Positions 47,661 through 61,635 of a stretch of DNA of 64,000 nt are shown piece after piece; positions within the stretch are counted from its first letter, which is position 1, and every line of letters starts with the position of its first letter. Source of the stretch: Octopus sinensis (Eukaryota); NCBI RefSeq assembly GCF_006345805.1, contig NC_043004.1, positions 13,206,001 through 13,270,000 of the forward strand. The letters run 5' to 3'. The notes beneath the pieces are model-generated. The model did not search any database, was not told the DNA's origin, and saw only the letters and a list, made by a program, of their open reading frames with translations. The translations under genes were made by a program, and so were the position numbers.

Positions 47661-49784
47661 GAACCGTTTTTATTTCTTCGACATTGGTATATATATTTTT
47701 TTCTCGTGTAGACTTAATAGTACAGCGAGAAAATTCATTAGCTTTCTTTTTTTCTCTGATGCGGAGAAAGTATCATTTATCTCTTCATTCGATCTTAATC
47801 CAGATTTACTGATACGGTGGTAACAGATAAATTTCGTTGGAGATTGAAGCATGACGAGGAAAGCTCTAAACCAAAATCGAAAAGTAATTTGAAGCTGAAA
47901 CCTATGGAATGCGAGTGGGTGATAATCTTTTGAATTACATCCTTTATTTTAATGTTCATTCTTAGTAGGTTTCATGTGTTTTTCTTAAATTTGGTTTGTT
48001 TATTTGTGCTAAGGTGAAATGGTGGTGGCTGGTTAAATGTTTTCTTATTTAAACTTTGCATTGAATTTTTGAATCGAGGAAACAGTACCAACAAAATATT
48101 GTAGTTGATTCTTGGTTTCTAATAACCTTGTCCTCTCCTCTGTTTACACCTGTATGTATTAGTCCTTCTCATGCTTTTCTTCAAGATGCAATAATGTCTA
48201 CGATCAAATTATTCAATGTCGTCATGCCTTTATAAGACGATTGAATAAAGTTAGAAAAAGGCCTTTCTGCTACTGCCAGTAGTTCTTCATGCGTTATCAG
48301 CAGGCAAGTGCCATCAGTAATTGCTCAGGGTAGGCAGTTGGTGACGTTTATATCGTAAAACACACAAAAAAAAAAATAAGCGAAACACAGGCCCGCGACT
48401 GAGTTGGAGGCAGATTTACCCCTACTTTTATAGTATGTAAAGAAACGTTGCTCTACGAATGTACGCAGCACGTGTACTACAGCAATACTATGGGTAGCTT
48501 TAATACTTTGATTGAAAGACAGGGGCAAATTATGCCTACCTAATCTACAAAAAATATAAAATAAAATATTTTGTGTTTTCTGCATATTAATCAGAGTAAC
48601 TTTCACAATTTTATTGAATTTGGTGCATATTTTGTCATAAACATCCATCTATTTTATTCAGATAAGCACTGCCTACCTTGCCTACCCAGGCGGTTCGTCC
48701 TTGGTTAATAGTTCCAAAAGTACTGAGATCGTATTTGCCTTTTATCTTTTCGGGGTTGGTAAAACAATCGACCTACTCCGCTCACCCAGAATTTCAAGCC
48801 CTGTGCCCATTGTACAAAGTATAATCAGTACATTGAGCGACTGCGTACAGGTCTCTTTCACTGATTGAGGTAATAACATATTTCGCACGGTATGATATCT
48901 GAGGAAGTACTCTTTCGATAGAAGAATATGGAGTCCACAAAACGTATCCTATAAATCCGTACACCATTACACAGCATGCAAAAGTGGTTATCAGTTGTAG
49001 TCTTGTAGACACCAACACAAAAACTTCGGAAATACAAAAACACGTAGTATTTTCATAGAAAGATTATGAGATCCACTTACATTATTCAACATCAACTAAT
49101 GAATTAAGATCGGTATGCGAACTTATATCAAATAGTAAGTATTCGCGCAGATAATGTATGCTTGCTAATATTGTCTTTATTGGAGAAGCACCTTAAAGGT
49201 GCTTGGAATATCACTCTATTATCCATATTGATTAAATATCTATTTGTGATCTAACTATGCATTGGTTATTTAGATACTATTCAATCATTCCTTTAACACG
49301 TCGATTTGTATTCTTCACCAACAACGTGTTCATACGCTGCTGTATAAAACCAACCAATATTTCGCTGAATAAGATAACATTACAATTTATTTCCCACTTA
49401 TGAAATATCTCATAAGGAAATAACACAATATTCATCCTTCACATTACAATATAACGCTATACCATTTCTAAAGAACTGATATGCGTACATACATATACAA
49501 ATAAACATATATCATAAAATACATACTAATAAAGATACAAAAGCAATCACTCAGCGACTAAAAATAAGCACAGATTATATATATATATATATACACACAC
49601 ACATAATGTTATAACATTTTTATCATAAATATCTGCTCATTCGGTTTCCCTTCCTTCAATTTCCTTTCTATTCCCTCTACGTTTCTCAAATAATCATTTT
49701 CTTTTCTGTTCTGTATATCTTGTCATAAGCTTTACAACTTGTAGGAATGCAGTGGAACCTAATCATTTTGAGGTGATAGTGATT

Positions 49785-50151
49785 CACCGGGTTGGACTTG
49801 TGCGAAATAAAACGCAATAAGTATTCTATTATTCTATGAATTGTTGCGATGTTCAACCCGTCGAAGCCCAAGATACTTTAAATGTATTAGTTCAACAGAA
49901 GATTGCTAATTGATGGAACATAGTCGTCCGTAATTCAATATTACAAGAAGATGGAATGGTATGTATTACCAACTGCAAAACTATTTAACGGACGAGAAAA
50001 GTCAAACTCTCACTCTGTACTCTGACAATAACTTAGAGATTCAGAAAACCGCAATCTTTTCATATCTGTAACTACAAACCAAAGCACACCGAAAACACAC
50101 AATAAAGCGTTGTTAAATAAAGACGTCATTTGCGACCAGTATTTGGCAGGA
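49785..50151 (-). other. Two candidate exons (50151-50014 and 49875 to about 49785)
   Basis: tttgttttctgatttgtatag| acceptor, MTSLFNNALLCVFGVLWFVVTD...CQST, GA|gtgaga donor, 138-nt intron, ctaatacatttaaag| acceptor. The frame is preserved into ILGFDGLNIATIHRIIEYLLRF. Confidence 0.3.
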
Positions 50152-50459
50152 CTATACAAATCAGAAAACAAATTACAGAAATGACTAGTGGCAGATGAGC
50201 TGACTGCACCAACCAACAGGGGTTCGTCTACAATAACGCCCGGCCAGATAGAAATACGGCGAAATCTTCCTCAATAATAGTCCAGTTGCTCTTCCACTAC
50301 TTCTGCTTGTGATCAGAGATGCACATATCATCAGCCACTAAGGGACAAATGGTTTTGGCCAAACAACCGACAAGCAAATTGGTGGTGTTGAGCAGAATAT
50401 TTGCTATAGCCCATCTTTTAGGTCAAAACTTATTATTATCATCATCATCATCCTCATCA

Positions 50460-50507
<48 letters not shown>

Positions 50508-50534
50508 TATTATTATTATTATTATTATTATATG

Positions 50535-53400
50535 ATTAACTTTTGCTTTTTATTTGTACAAGTTGGATCCGAGTCTCACTCAGAGACCTCAAGACACAAC
50601 AAGTTAGATTTTCATGTTGGTGTTATGCCTAGCGTGTCATATATATCGTTTTGCACATAGTATTGTTGTAGAGAATGTCTAAGAAATCATAAGAAAATTA
50701 CGAGTTTGTTTTTAAATTTGAGATTATATAGACAGAATTTTACGTGGGATATGGGCAGTTCCTAAGAGCAGTATCTTTTGAGCCTCTGCCATTTTGGGTA
50801 TTCCTGGCATCTGAGCTAGGTAGCAATCAGCCCCTTTCGCTAATATTCCCAGGGCACCTATGACCACATCAGGTTCCACGTTTTGCCAATTTCTACTTCA
50901 AGATCTCTATACTTGCTCAGTTTTTAGCAGGTCTTGACGGATATATTTATTTTGATTGGGACTGTCATATCAATGTGAAGGCATGATTTTTGTCTGAAGT
51001 CTTTCAATAGAATGTCAGGCCTAATTGCATCTTTCTTTTTGTCAGTTTGAATGGTGAAGTTCCAGAGGAGTGAGATGTGGTCATTTTCAAGCTCTGGAGG
51101 AGTTTTGTGTTCCCACCAGTTTTTATCATGGATCAAGTCCAGGTTTTTGTAAATTACCCAGTGAATATATCGTGCTTATCTATCATGCTTATTAAGATAC
51201 TCTGTAGGCGCAAGAAGGCTGCATATGGAGACAACATGATCAATGGTTTCATTTTGTTGTTGACATACACGACATGCTGGGCTACTGCCGTTCTTTAATA
51301 TGTTGGCTTGGTAGTTTCTTGTAGGTAGACATGCAATTTATCAATAAGAATATCTAAGGCATGCCATGCCCAGGCTTGTGTTTCTCTTGTTCCTGATTAG
51401 GTTATCAATTAGGTTATCAATTAAGAGCAGGTACTTCGTTCTCCGATTCCTCATTCGGCATATTTTCTGTTCAATAGCTAGCAGTCCACGTTTTCCCAAG
51501 TATCTATACAGTTCACCGGCCAAAACACCTAACATTAGTTTACACAGAGGAAAGTACATTTGTGGTCTAAAGTCGGATGCAACATTTCTCGTTTCAAGAT
51601 GCTGGCACGTAACAATGCCTTTCTCCTTGTCATTCAGCTGGATACTGCGCCTTTCTGCAAGCATCCATCTAGCTGTCTCGCTATCGTTTCATACTTCTTC
51701 ATCCAATACCCATGGACCCTATCCGGTCCTGAGCCATTCCAATTTTGGAATTTTCTTAACTGCATTTTTATCATTTCTGTAGTTATTTTTATGTCTTCTT
51801 GGCCTGCTATATTTCTTAACCTATCTTGGGATTCCATGCAACCACTCCCCTTCATCATTATGCTCTTCAGGTTGATCCCATATCCCTCTCCAAAATGCCC
51901 TGCTTTCCTTCGCATTTGGTTTCATTGTTACGTGTAATTGCCTATATAGTTCCTGAAACAGTCTTCTGATTTGCTTCAAACAACCTGTTTAGCTTGAATT
52001 GTTTTGTTCTATTGTTCTTTCCAGTTTTGCTTTGATTGCCCACTACTCTTTGCTTCGATTCTTCCAATAACACATCATAACCCTTTATCTATCATCCCAT
52101 ATGTTCTTTCCAGCATTATTCGTATGCTTTCGTTCTGCAATTCCCTTCTTCTCAATATATCAACTTGTCCTAAATGTCTTTTTAACTTTGTTCGTTTCTC
52201 ACAAATTCGTCTAAGTCAGTTCTGTTTGTTCTCTTCTTTTGTAGCCAACTTTATCAGCAGCAACCATAGCTGCATCCCAAATAATCGTGTTAATTTCAGT
52301 TATATTTCTCGTGTGGAATAGCCCAAGGGTCGAATTTATCTTTTTGGTTTCAACTTTAAGCTTGCATCGATCAATGTACCTCAGATTGGGGGTTGTTTGA
52401 TCCTGGTCTCCTCTAATATATCAGCACAGCATTCTCACTCAGTGTTGTTGGTCATCATCGTATTCTTGTGATATAGCTCTTCCTATTACTTCTGCTTCAT
52501 TTGCTGAGAATGAATTTACATTCATTTTTTATCAATGTCTTCACTGCCACTGTTTACTTCTCTTTTCTTAATGGGAACGGCATCGGTTGCTGAAGAATTA
52601 TTTCTCTTTTCTACTTTCCCTTTTATCTCTTCAATTTCCATGTCTTTTAGCCACCCTTTCGGTTTTATTACTCTTGCCTGGTCAGTTAACCGTCGCTCAC
52701 TTATTTCTAAAAGTCCTAGTTCATTCTATTTTGATATTATTCGTTGTCGGAATCCACTAATACTGGGTTCAGTCCAGATCCAGCTTTCAATTACCGTCCC
52801 GTTTGCTTCTTTATCTCAGCTCCTTCCCTGCTTCTGGCTTTGTGTACAGGCAGTCCCTAGCTGACGACCGAGCAAGTACTCAACCACAGGACACCTTCCG
52901 GGCGAAGGGCTTTCACCTTTGGTTCCAACCTCATTAACAATCATTATTTGATAAATTTGTATTAGACATGTTCACTCAACAAAGAGATTTGTGTTTTAAG
53001 GTTAGCCACCAACCGATATTTCTATCGGACTGCATAGCTCTTACTATCCATAAGTTGGGCCTGTTTCATTCGCATTTCTGTGTGTTGGGGACCATGATCA
53101 TGATTCTCACTAGGAGACAGGTGAGCGTCAGTTGGTCCCTTATCTTCATCCAAGTATTGTTCCAGGGTTAAGTCCCGATTCGCGGTTCATTCACCTTTAT
53201 ATCCCAGACAGGTCGTCACCACTGTGACTAAGGATTTCTATCTACCCCTGTTTAAGATCAGAGTGCTCCTTCTACACAGGCTGCCAACCAAGGCCTACGA
53301 GCTCTGTCTACCCGTTTTTGCCGCCTTTTGTTTTTAATCCCGCAGGGTATTGAAAGTCCACTCTCCTCACCAAGTGAGCTTAGTGGTTTTACTGGTTTAG
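50535..53400 (-). mobile_element. Degenerate R4/Dong-clade non-LTR retrotransposon, internally deleted
   Basis: N-terminal LTDQARVI...GWL, RT start GPDRVHGYWMKK...FRP...EQK.CR...TK.LLLID...LGMA, CCHC finger CRVCQQQNETIDHVVSIC, RLE RPDILL...C.HIDMTVP...IGALG. 3' end abuts (TAA)n at 50462-50530. Confidence 0.88.
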
Positions 53401-54421
53401 TTACCGACGACTCGACGTAATCGGTTTTCTGCTAGTTTCACAGCGCCACATATTATTTATTCTGGGTTATGATTTACTTTTCACGATTATAATTCTACTA
53501 TTACTACTATAATCCCTACATTTTCATTGCCGTTCATTTGTGTGTATATGACCCTATGTGTGCGCGAGTGTGTGTGTGTCACTGTTGAAGTTGTGTTTGG
53601 AATATGTGAATAAGGTGCAAGTTTCGAGTCCTTGTCGGTAACTTTGTTTTTGTTTTCTCCTCGACTTCCAATAGTAATTACTCAACTTTCTAGGCTCTTC
53701 TCACAGCTATGCCGCGTTCAAAAATTGTACGGATATTCTTTAAAAATTTCAGTTAATAACTAATGTTTTTACATTATGTACACATTAACAGCGAATTAAA
53801 TTTAAAAGAGAAAGTGAGAGACTTTCAAATCAAAATGGAATGCTCTGCAGTGATTGAAATGAATATTTAAATTTGTGATGAATTGGACGCAGAGAATATT
53901 TCAATTTGCGAAAATAAATTCAATAAACTTGAGAAATCGAAATTATAGGAAATTTCTTAAAACTTGTCGCAAGGATGCAATCTTTTTTTCGTGATTATTC
54001 CCAAATATAGATATAGACACATACAAAGGTATGAGATATTGCGATCTTCTAAAATTGGCGTTTACGTAATAATACTTGTAGACACCCTACTATGCAAATA
54101 TATGTAAATATATACATGCATGCATAAATGAAAGGTGTTCTTAACTACGCCTAGAATATGAGAACAAACTGTTTTAATTTCCAATTTTTTCTCCTAATTT
54201 TATCTCATTTACTGATCCTCGAATTTGAAAATTTGATTTTGGAGTAAATGGACACGCACATCGAAAACGGTAATATTTCATAATATTCACTCAATGTAAA
54301 CAAATATAAAACATTAGTATCCTCTCCTATTAAAAAAAAACAAAAAAAACAAGTAAAATATCTTTGAACAAACTATCATGTTTTTCTACTTTTACATTTT
54401 AGCTATATAAATATATATATA

Positions 54422-54491
<70 letters not shown>

Positions 54492-54519
54492 GTATATATG
54501 TATACATGTATTATGTATG

Positions 54520-54660
54520 CAGTCGTTGAAAGCTCAAAATAGGGAGTAATTAACAGTCGACAACTAAGAAGGGGTTAGACTAATTTTCCTGTATTTGTCT
54601 CACATTATGTGTTTACGTATTTCTCATTCGTTGGTGATGTACTTGATGTAATTAATATTT
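54520..54660 (+). mobile_element. Possible degraded PLE pLTR tail
   Basis: Follows (TA)n/(TATG)n. tcacattatgtgtttac resembles tcacatttatgtgtttac in the tail at 30193-30210. Confidence 0.3.
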
Positions 54661-54764
54661 ATTAATATAATTTATTATATTTATTAATTTATAATCGAAC
54701 CTCACGCAGCCTTCTCCACAGTATGTTTATATGTATATATATATATGTATATGTGTGTGTGTAT

Positions 54765-54795
<31 letters not shown>

Positions 54796-54970
54796 CATAT
54801 ATATATATTCACACAAATACATGCATATATATATGTGTGTGTGTATACACACACAAACACAAACACATTGATGTATATATAAGGACATACAGACGCACAC
54901 ACACATACATACATATATACAAACATACATACATTACATACATACATACGTACGTACATACATACATATA

Positions 54971-55002
<32 letters not shown>

Positions 55003-55020
55003 CATACATACATACATACA

Positions 55021-55053
<33 letters not shown>

Positions 55054-55717
55054 TTTGCTGTGCGCCTACATTCAGATACAGAGAATAGTCGGAACCTAAA
55101 CACACAGGTAAGTACACGAAGTATATATATATAAATATTTTGCATCACATTTAACTGCCGTACATTTGCATATATACAAACTTATACGTATGTATATACG
55201 TATAATTTTGTATATGTATATATTTGTATGTTCTTGTATGTGTGCATTCATGCATCCATTTACTCACAAAATGAAACTATATGACAATGCATAAAAAAAA
55301 TGCGTAACTACAGTCGGTGGTCTCAGAATGAATAGTAAGCATTGGTGAGCTCTTTTATAGAAATAATATATATAAACTATTCCCATATAAATATTACACT
55401 TGGCATGGATAATAGATAAAATCAACGATGGATTATTCTCATTTATTCATGGAAAAAATACCTCGCAATCTTTATCTGCCGTTTTTTATATTCCATACAT
55501 ACATATATATAAAAGCACAGAACGCGCACATACGCACGCGCACACACACACACATATTCATGTGTGTGCATGTATTCACTAACGCACAAAAAATACCTTC
55601 ATTCGTACGCATATAAATAAATATGTATATGGACATATGTGTATATATATATACATATTTAATATCAACAATAATCCCTTAATATCTATAAATATATACA
55701 TATATATATATATATAT

Positions 55718-55748
<31 letters not shown>

Positions 55749-55833
55749 CTACCTACCTACCTACCTACCTACATACATACATACATACATGCATACATAC
55801 ATACATACATGCATACATACATACATACATACA

Positions 55834-55880
<47 letters not shown>

Positions 55881-56156
55881 CAATTTGTCTTAGAAAGCAA
55901 ATGAATATGTGCTTGCGAGGACGGAGTAATTGATCAGTTTACAAAAATCCAGAATTCTGGCAAGAACGATAAGTTAATGGACACGTTTAATGGCGTTCTT
56001 CCTAAACTTTATTTCCCTCCTACCTGCCTTCCATTCCTTCAATATTTCTTTATATTTCACCTTTTCTTAATATATATTTCTACATCTACCCTATTTTTTC
56101 CTTTATTTTCTCTCGTAATTTTTTTCATTTTTATTTTTCATTTATGTTTTTTCCTT

Positions 56157-56206
<50 letters not shown>

Positions 56207-56568
56207 TATATTTCATTGAATGCGTTTTTTTTTTCTTCCATCATCATCATTATTACTTTCACACTTATTTGTTGTAATTTTTTTATTGCACCCGCGTGTA
56301 TATACTGACACGAAAACATACGAACGCATACACTCTTGCATTATTACAAAAGACTACGTCTATCAACGAATATATACATACATAGATTAATGCATACCTA
56401 TATACAAAACTTGAAAGATAGTTATATGGGTCTCTTTGTGTTTGCATTAATATGTATATATGTATATTTATATATGTATATATATATGTATGTATATATA
56501 TTATACATATATATATATGTATGTATATATGTATATATAATATATATATATATATACGTATATATATC

Positions 56569-56600
<32 letters not shown>

Positions 56601-56682
56601 ACGTATATATATATATATCTATATATCTTTATCTATCTATCTATATATATGTATATATATATATATGTATGAATATATGTAC

Positions 56683-56724
<42 letters not shown>

Positions 56725-56813
56725 GTATATATATCTATATATCTTTATCTATCTATCTATCTATATATATGTATATATATATATATATATATCTATATAT
56801 ATATTAATATATA

Positions 56814-56844
<31 letters not shown>

Positions 56845-56876
56845 ATATATATATACAGGCACAGAGGGATACACAA

Positions 56877-56956
<80 letters not shown>

Positions 56957-57065
56957 AAGAAAGAGAGAGGGACAAATAGATAGACAGATAAACAGATAGA
57001 TAAATAAATAGATAGATAGATAGACAGACACATAGACAGATAGACAGATAGATAGACAGATAGAC

Positions 57066-57148
<83 letters not shown>

Positions 57149-57150
57149 CA
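56877..57150. repeat. (GATA)n/(GACA)n microsatellite
   Basis: Direct reading. Confidence 0.95.
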
Positions 57151-57221
57151 TCTAAGCATATAATGCATAGTTATATCTACATAATATTCACACGAACCAA
57201 TATACAATTTTCTATTAGTTG

Positions 57222-57510
57222 TATAAGTAACTCTACTCTAGTCGTTTTAGTTATTCAGATCAACGGAAATTGGATGTGATATTGGTTAAGAATAATGTTT
57301 TAAACTTATAGAATCGTCTCATTGATGAGATTTGGCAAAATAGAAGCATATTACAGTACCTCTTATTAAAACTGATTAACATTGCATTAAATATGATGCT
57401 TCAGGCTACGTAAAGAATGGAAACAAGTAATCTCAGTCAACGTTCTAGTAAACAGCTTATCGGAGATGAGTGTTCTGCAAGGAGTATGGTAAGAGAGGCA
57501 TTTCAACGCA
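57222..57510 (+). repeat. Duplicated segment copy 1 (copy 2 at 63591-63876)
   Basis: About 290 bp, roughly 85-90% identical by eye, with a long identical core tttggcaaaatagaagc...ggctacgtaaaga. Confidence 0.9.
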
Positions 57511-57746
57511 TGATACATATACAAATACAAGCACACACACACACACACACACGCACACACATACACACGCACACACACACATATACACAAAGAAGCAGAC
57601 ACATGTACACCCGGTCACACACAACTTTATGTCTGCCTGAATAAATATGTGTATATATGTATGAATACATATCTCCCCTTATGCATGTAAACGTATATAT
57701 ACAAGCAAACATAAACGCATTCACATATATGCAAGTGTGTGTGTGC

Positions 57747-57798
<52 letters not shown>

Positions 57799-58062
57799 GT
57801 GTGTTTGTGTTTGTATGTAAACATACAAAACTAGAAACACACAATGTAATACGATAATTGTAGACGAATATATTTGTCCACGGCTTGCCAGGAACATTAT
57901 ATTATGACAATCACAAAATCGGTACACATTTATATATATATATATACACACACATACGTACACACTCAAGCTTAAATTCTTACATAGGTTTGTGTGTGTT
58001 TCTGTGTGTGTGTGTGTGTGCACGTGTGTGTGTGTGTGTGTATGAATGTGCATCTGTGTGTA

Positions 58063-58170
58063 GGCACGTGGCCTAGTCGTTAGGATGTTGCACATTCGTT
58101 TGTAACATTGTGCTTTCAAATCACAGACCGCCTGTGGTGCGAGTTATTCAGTAAGAGACTTCATTTCACG
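58063..58170 (+). mobile_element. Old tRNA-SINE head fragment
   Basis: ggcacgtggcctagtcgttagg (A-box-like) ... tttcaaatcac (B-box-like). Confidence 0.45.
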
Positions 58171-58361
58171 CAAAACCCTTTCTTCCCGAGTCTGAATAGT
58201 TAACCCTACCGTGGAGTCTGTCGGACGTTCTGATTAGTAGAACTGTCGGCGAGCCCAAGTAGCCCAACAGCGGGCCCAACAGGTTTCGAAGGCAAATACG
58301 ATGCCAAGCGCATATGCATTACAGCCATATTCTGCTCGATAACGTAATATATTCTGATATG

Positions 58362-58457
<96 letters not shown>

Positions 58458-58588
58458 TAATATATATAAATACACTCACATACATACATACATTCATATA
58501 TACATACACACATGTAGCTACATATATATGTATATGCGTGTGTATAAACATATGTATATCTATATCTATATATATATATATATATATA

Positions 58589-58643
<55 letters not shown>

Positions 58644-58909
58644 ACTAATAAAGGTATATAGGTACCATATATAACAAAAAAAAAATAATAATTCACTTGT
58701 CACTAATAGTGGCGGAGGGTTCACTCTAGCAATACGAGTCAAAGAACCTTTAGTCTCCAACATAGCACAAGTCAATGTACTGACAGCGTAGTTTACTTCT
58801 CTATAGCGAGCGAGGGTACAAAATTGACGAGTCAATTCCGCTTGAAATTAAAGCTCATCATTAGTCCTACTCCTACGCGTATAGTTTAGTCAAATCTGAC
58901 CTCTCAGTA

Positions 58910-59320
58910 TACTCTTACTCTTTTTACTCTTTTACTTGTTTCAGTCATTTGACTGCGGCCATGCTGGAGCACCGCCTTTAGTCGAGCAACTCGACCCCGG
59001 GACTTATTCTTTTTTTGTAAGCCCAGTACTTATTCTATCGGTCTCTTTTTGCCGAACCGCTAAGTGACGGGGACGTAAACACACCACCATCGGTTGTCAA
59101 GCAATGCTAGGGGGACAAACACAGACACACAAACAAACACACACATATATATATATATACATATATACGACAGTTTCCGTCTACCAAATCCACTCACAAG
59201 GCTTTGGTCGGCCCGAGGCTATAGCAGAAGACACTTGCCCAAGATGCCACGCAGTGGGACTGAACCCGGAACTATGTGGTTGATTAGCAAGCTACTTACC
59301 ACACAGCCACTCCTACGCCT
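58910..59320 (-). mobile_element. SINE family A, full length
   Basis: Reverse complement of family A with a repeated aagagt tail. Confidence 0.9.
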
Positions 59321-59580
59321 ATGTATATGGATTTTGCTATAATAATCAATGGCTGACTCAGCAAACTAGTAATCTAGAAGTAATAAAATAAAAAAAGATG
59401 GCTAGATGCAATATAAAACTAAAAAGGAAGAATTCAATTGTCGCTAATAGTGACTGATGGTGCATTTTAGCACCTACATTGTTATGAATAAGAGTCAAAA
59501 ACCCTTATCGTCACAATCATAGTACAAGTCTATGTACCTAAATGCATACATACATACATACATACATATATACATACCTA

Positions 59581-59848
59581 CTGCAGTTATAAATATATCT
59601 TTGAAAATCATAGAAAAAGAGGATTTCTATAGACAACTGCTTCGAAACCTTCAGCTTCTAAATCCTGACAATGAATTCATTTTCATACCAATAATATTTG
59701 GAGCAACATCTCGTGTTAGTAAATGCTTAAAAGAGAATCTGGATAAACTAGGATTTTCAGAAAGAGAAATTGACCGGCTGATTCGTACATTACAAGTCCA
59801 ATCTGTAAGTGGAACAGTAAGAATATTCAAGACTTTTCAAGACTTTTC
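59581..59848 (+). mobile_element. R4/Dong-like RLE C-terminal fragment embedded in (CATA)n
   Basis: NISLKIIEKEDFYRQLLRNLQLL...FIPIIFGA...LDKLGFS...LQVQSVSGTVRIFKTF fits the RLE end N...K..EK...Y..L...P.IIGA.G...Q...GT..I. (CATA)n on both sides. Confidence 0.7.
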
Positions 59849-59857
59849 ATACATACA

Positions 59858-59888
<31 letters not shown>

Positions 59889-60628
59889 TTGAGATTTTCT
59901 TTACAAACTCTGAGGAACAATTTGTGAAGAACTTTTCCACTTCGATAAAATAGTATGATTCGTCCGTACAACTTGGAGACTTTCGTTGAGCACACAGTAT
60001 TAAAACTGGACGCAGCGAAAGGAATCTATGGATAACAATAACCCTTCAAATTTGTAACGGAGTTTGTAATGGAGTTTGTCTCAGACTATTCTTGATGGCC
60101 ACTCAACAATGCATCAAACAATACCACGTAAGAATATATGTTCATCATCTGAAACAACATATAACTGCTAATCATGTAATAACTTTGTCTTTATGTTGGT
60201 CGATTGAAAAGATGATATTAATCACTGGACGCTATGCCAACTGTCATGATTCTGCAGATAATGAGCTCGATGAAAAGTCAGCATCACTTTGGAGATAATT
60301 AACAAATTATGGTCACACTCGTAACAGACTCGTCATTATTCAATCTATCCAGCCATTTATTATTCCCTCCATTCAACCGTAAATATATATGTGTGCGCGT
60401 AAGCACGTGTGTGTGTATACATATATATATATATATATATGAACATATACGTCTACACATATAGGCACGACATGTCATTTCGCCTCGGGATAACGATACT
60501 ACTAACCAGTCGTTAGAGGTCAGTGTACTAATGGTTCAGAGTAAACCATCAGGTGAATCCAGAGCATAATGGGAATTAATGAATGACAAGAAAAAGAATT
60601 ACATAATCCTCTTTAGCTTAGAGTGGTT

Positions 60629-60687
<59 letters not shown>

Positions 60688-60809
60688 TTACGTATATATA
60701 CTTTCTTATTAAAGCTGCAAAAACATCACAAAAAATTGTTACACAGAGTTTCACGTTCCCGTTCGTTGGATAATTGCCAACAAGACTGAAACTATTATTA
60801 TTATTATTA

Positions 60810-60872
<63 letters not shown>

Positions 60873-60944
60873 CATCATCATCTTTCAATTATGTTTATTG
60901 AATGAGGGAGCAGTGCATTCCATTAAATGACACTGGGGAAGGGT

Positions 60945-61490
60945 AGTCAAGGTAGATTTCTTTTGCTTGATGGCTGTTGCGAAAGAGGTTGCTTGTTGGA
61001 CGAGGCTGAAAAGCATGAGGACAAATAAATTCCTCTTTAGTAGAGCTCTCATTGACTTCTTTAAATGAAATTGAGAGTGGAGAAGGAAGTGCTGTCCTCG
61101 AGTGTCTTTACTGAAAAGTAGATGAAAATTGCGAAAATAGCAAGAGTGGATGGTACCTCTCTAAGTATTGACCAGAGAGTCGTAGAGAAGGAATTGGAGA
61201 GGGCACTTGCTCCCGGGATTTCAAGGAAATCTCGGACAGTGGAGTTCCTCTATTATCCCTGGAGGCATTCCTGTATCACGAGGCCGCATCTCTATCATCC
61301 TACCGGCCTCTTTTCTTGCTTTTTAAACACTTTCTATGCTATGTATATGTCCCTTTTTTTCAGTGTATACCGTGTATACTTTCTGTTCTTTTATCATTTC
61401 ATTATATGTACACCCCACACTTTATGTCTTGTTTTCTCCTCCTCATCCTTCGCCCTTGTGGCAAATAAATGAAATCATTATTATTATTAT
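60945..61490 (+). mobile_element. Tx1/L1-like LINE 3' end
   Basis: FFLLMAVAKEVACWTRLKSMRTNKFL...DFFK/RVEKEVLS...F.EK* resembles Tx1 ORF2 C-termini. 3' UTR ends AATAAA then (ATT)n. Confidence 0.55.
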
Positions 61491-61597
61491 TCTTTCGTAA
61501 CACAGTGTCGGTAAAAATGCACCGGAGCCTTTACTCATCTGTCAAATCACAAGAACCTCAGACAGATAACACTTTCCTTAAGATGTGTTTGAGGTCC

Positions 61598-61634
<37 letters not shown>

Positions 61635-61635
<1 letters not shown>

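Noticed and set aside
48326-48702. hAT-like element from gggtaggcag / tgcctaccc motifs
   Set aside because: Only short subterminal-like matches; left TIR and TSD not identifiable.
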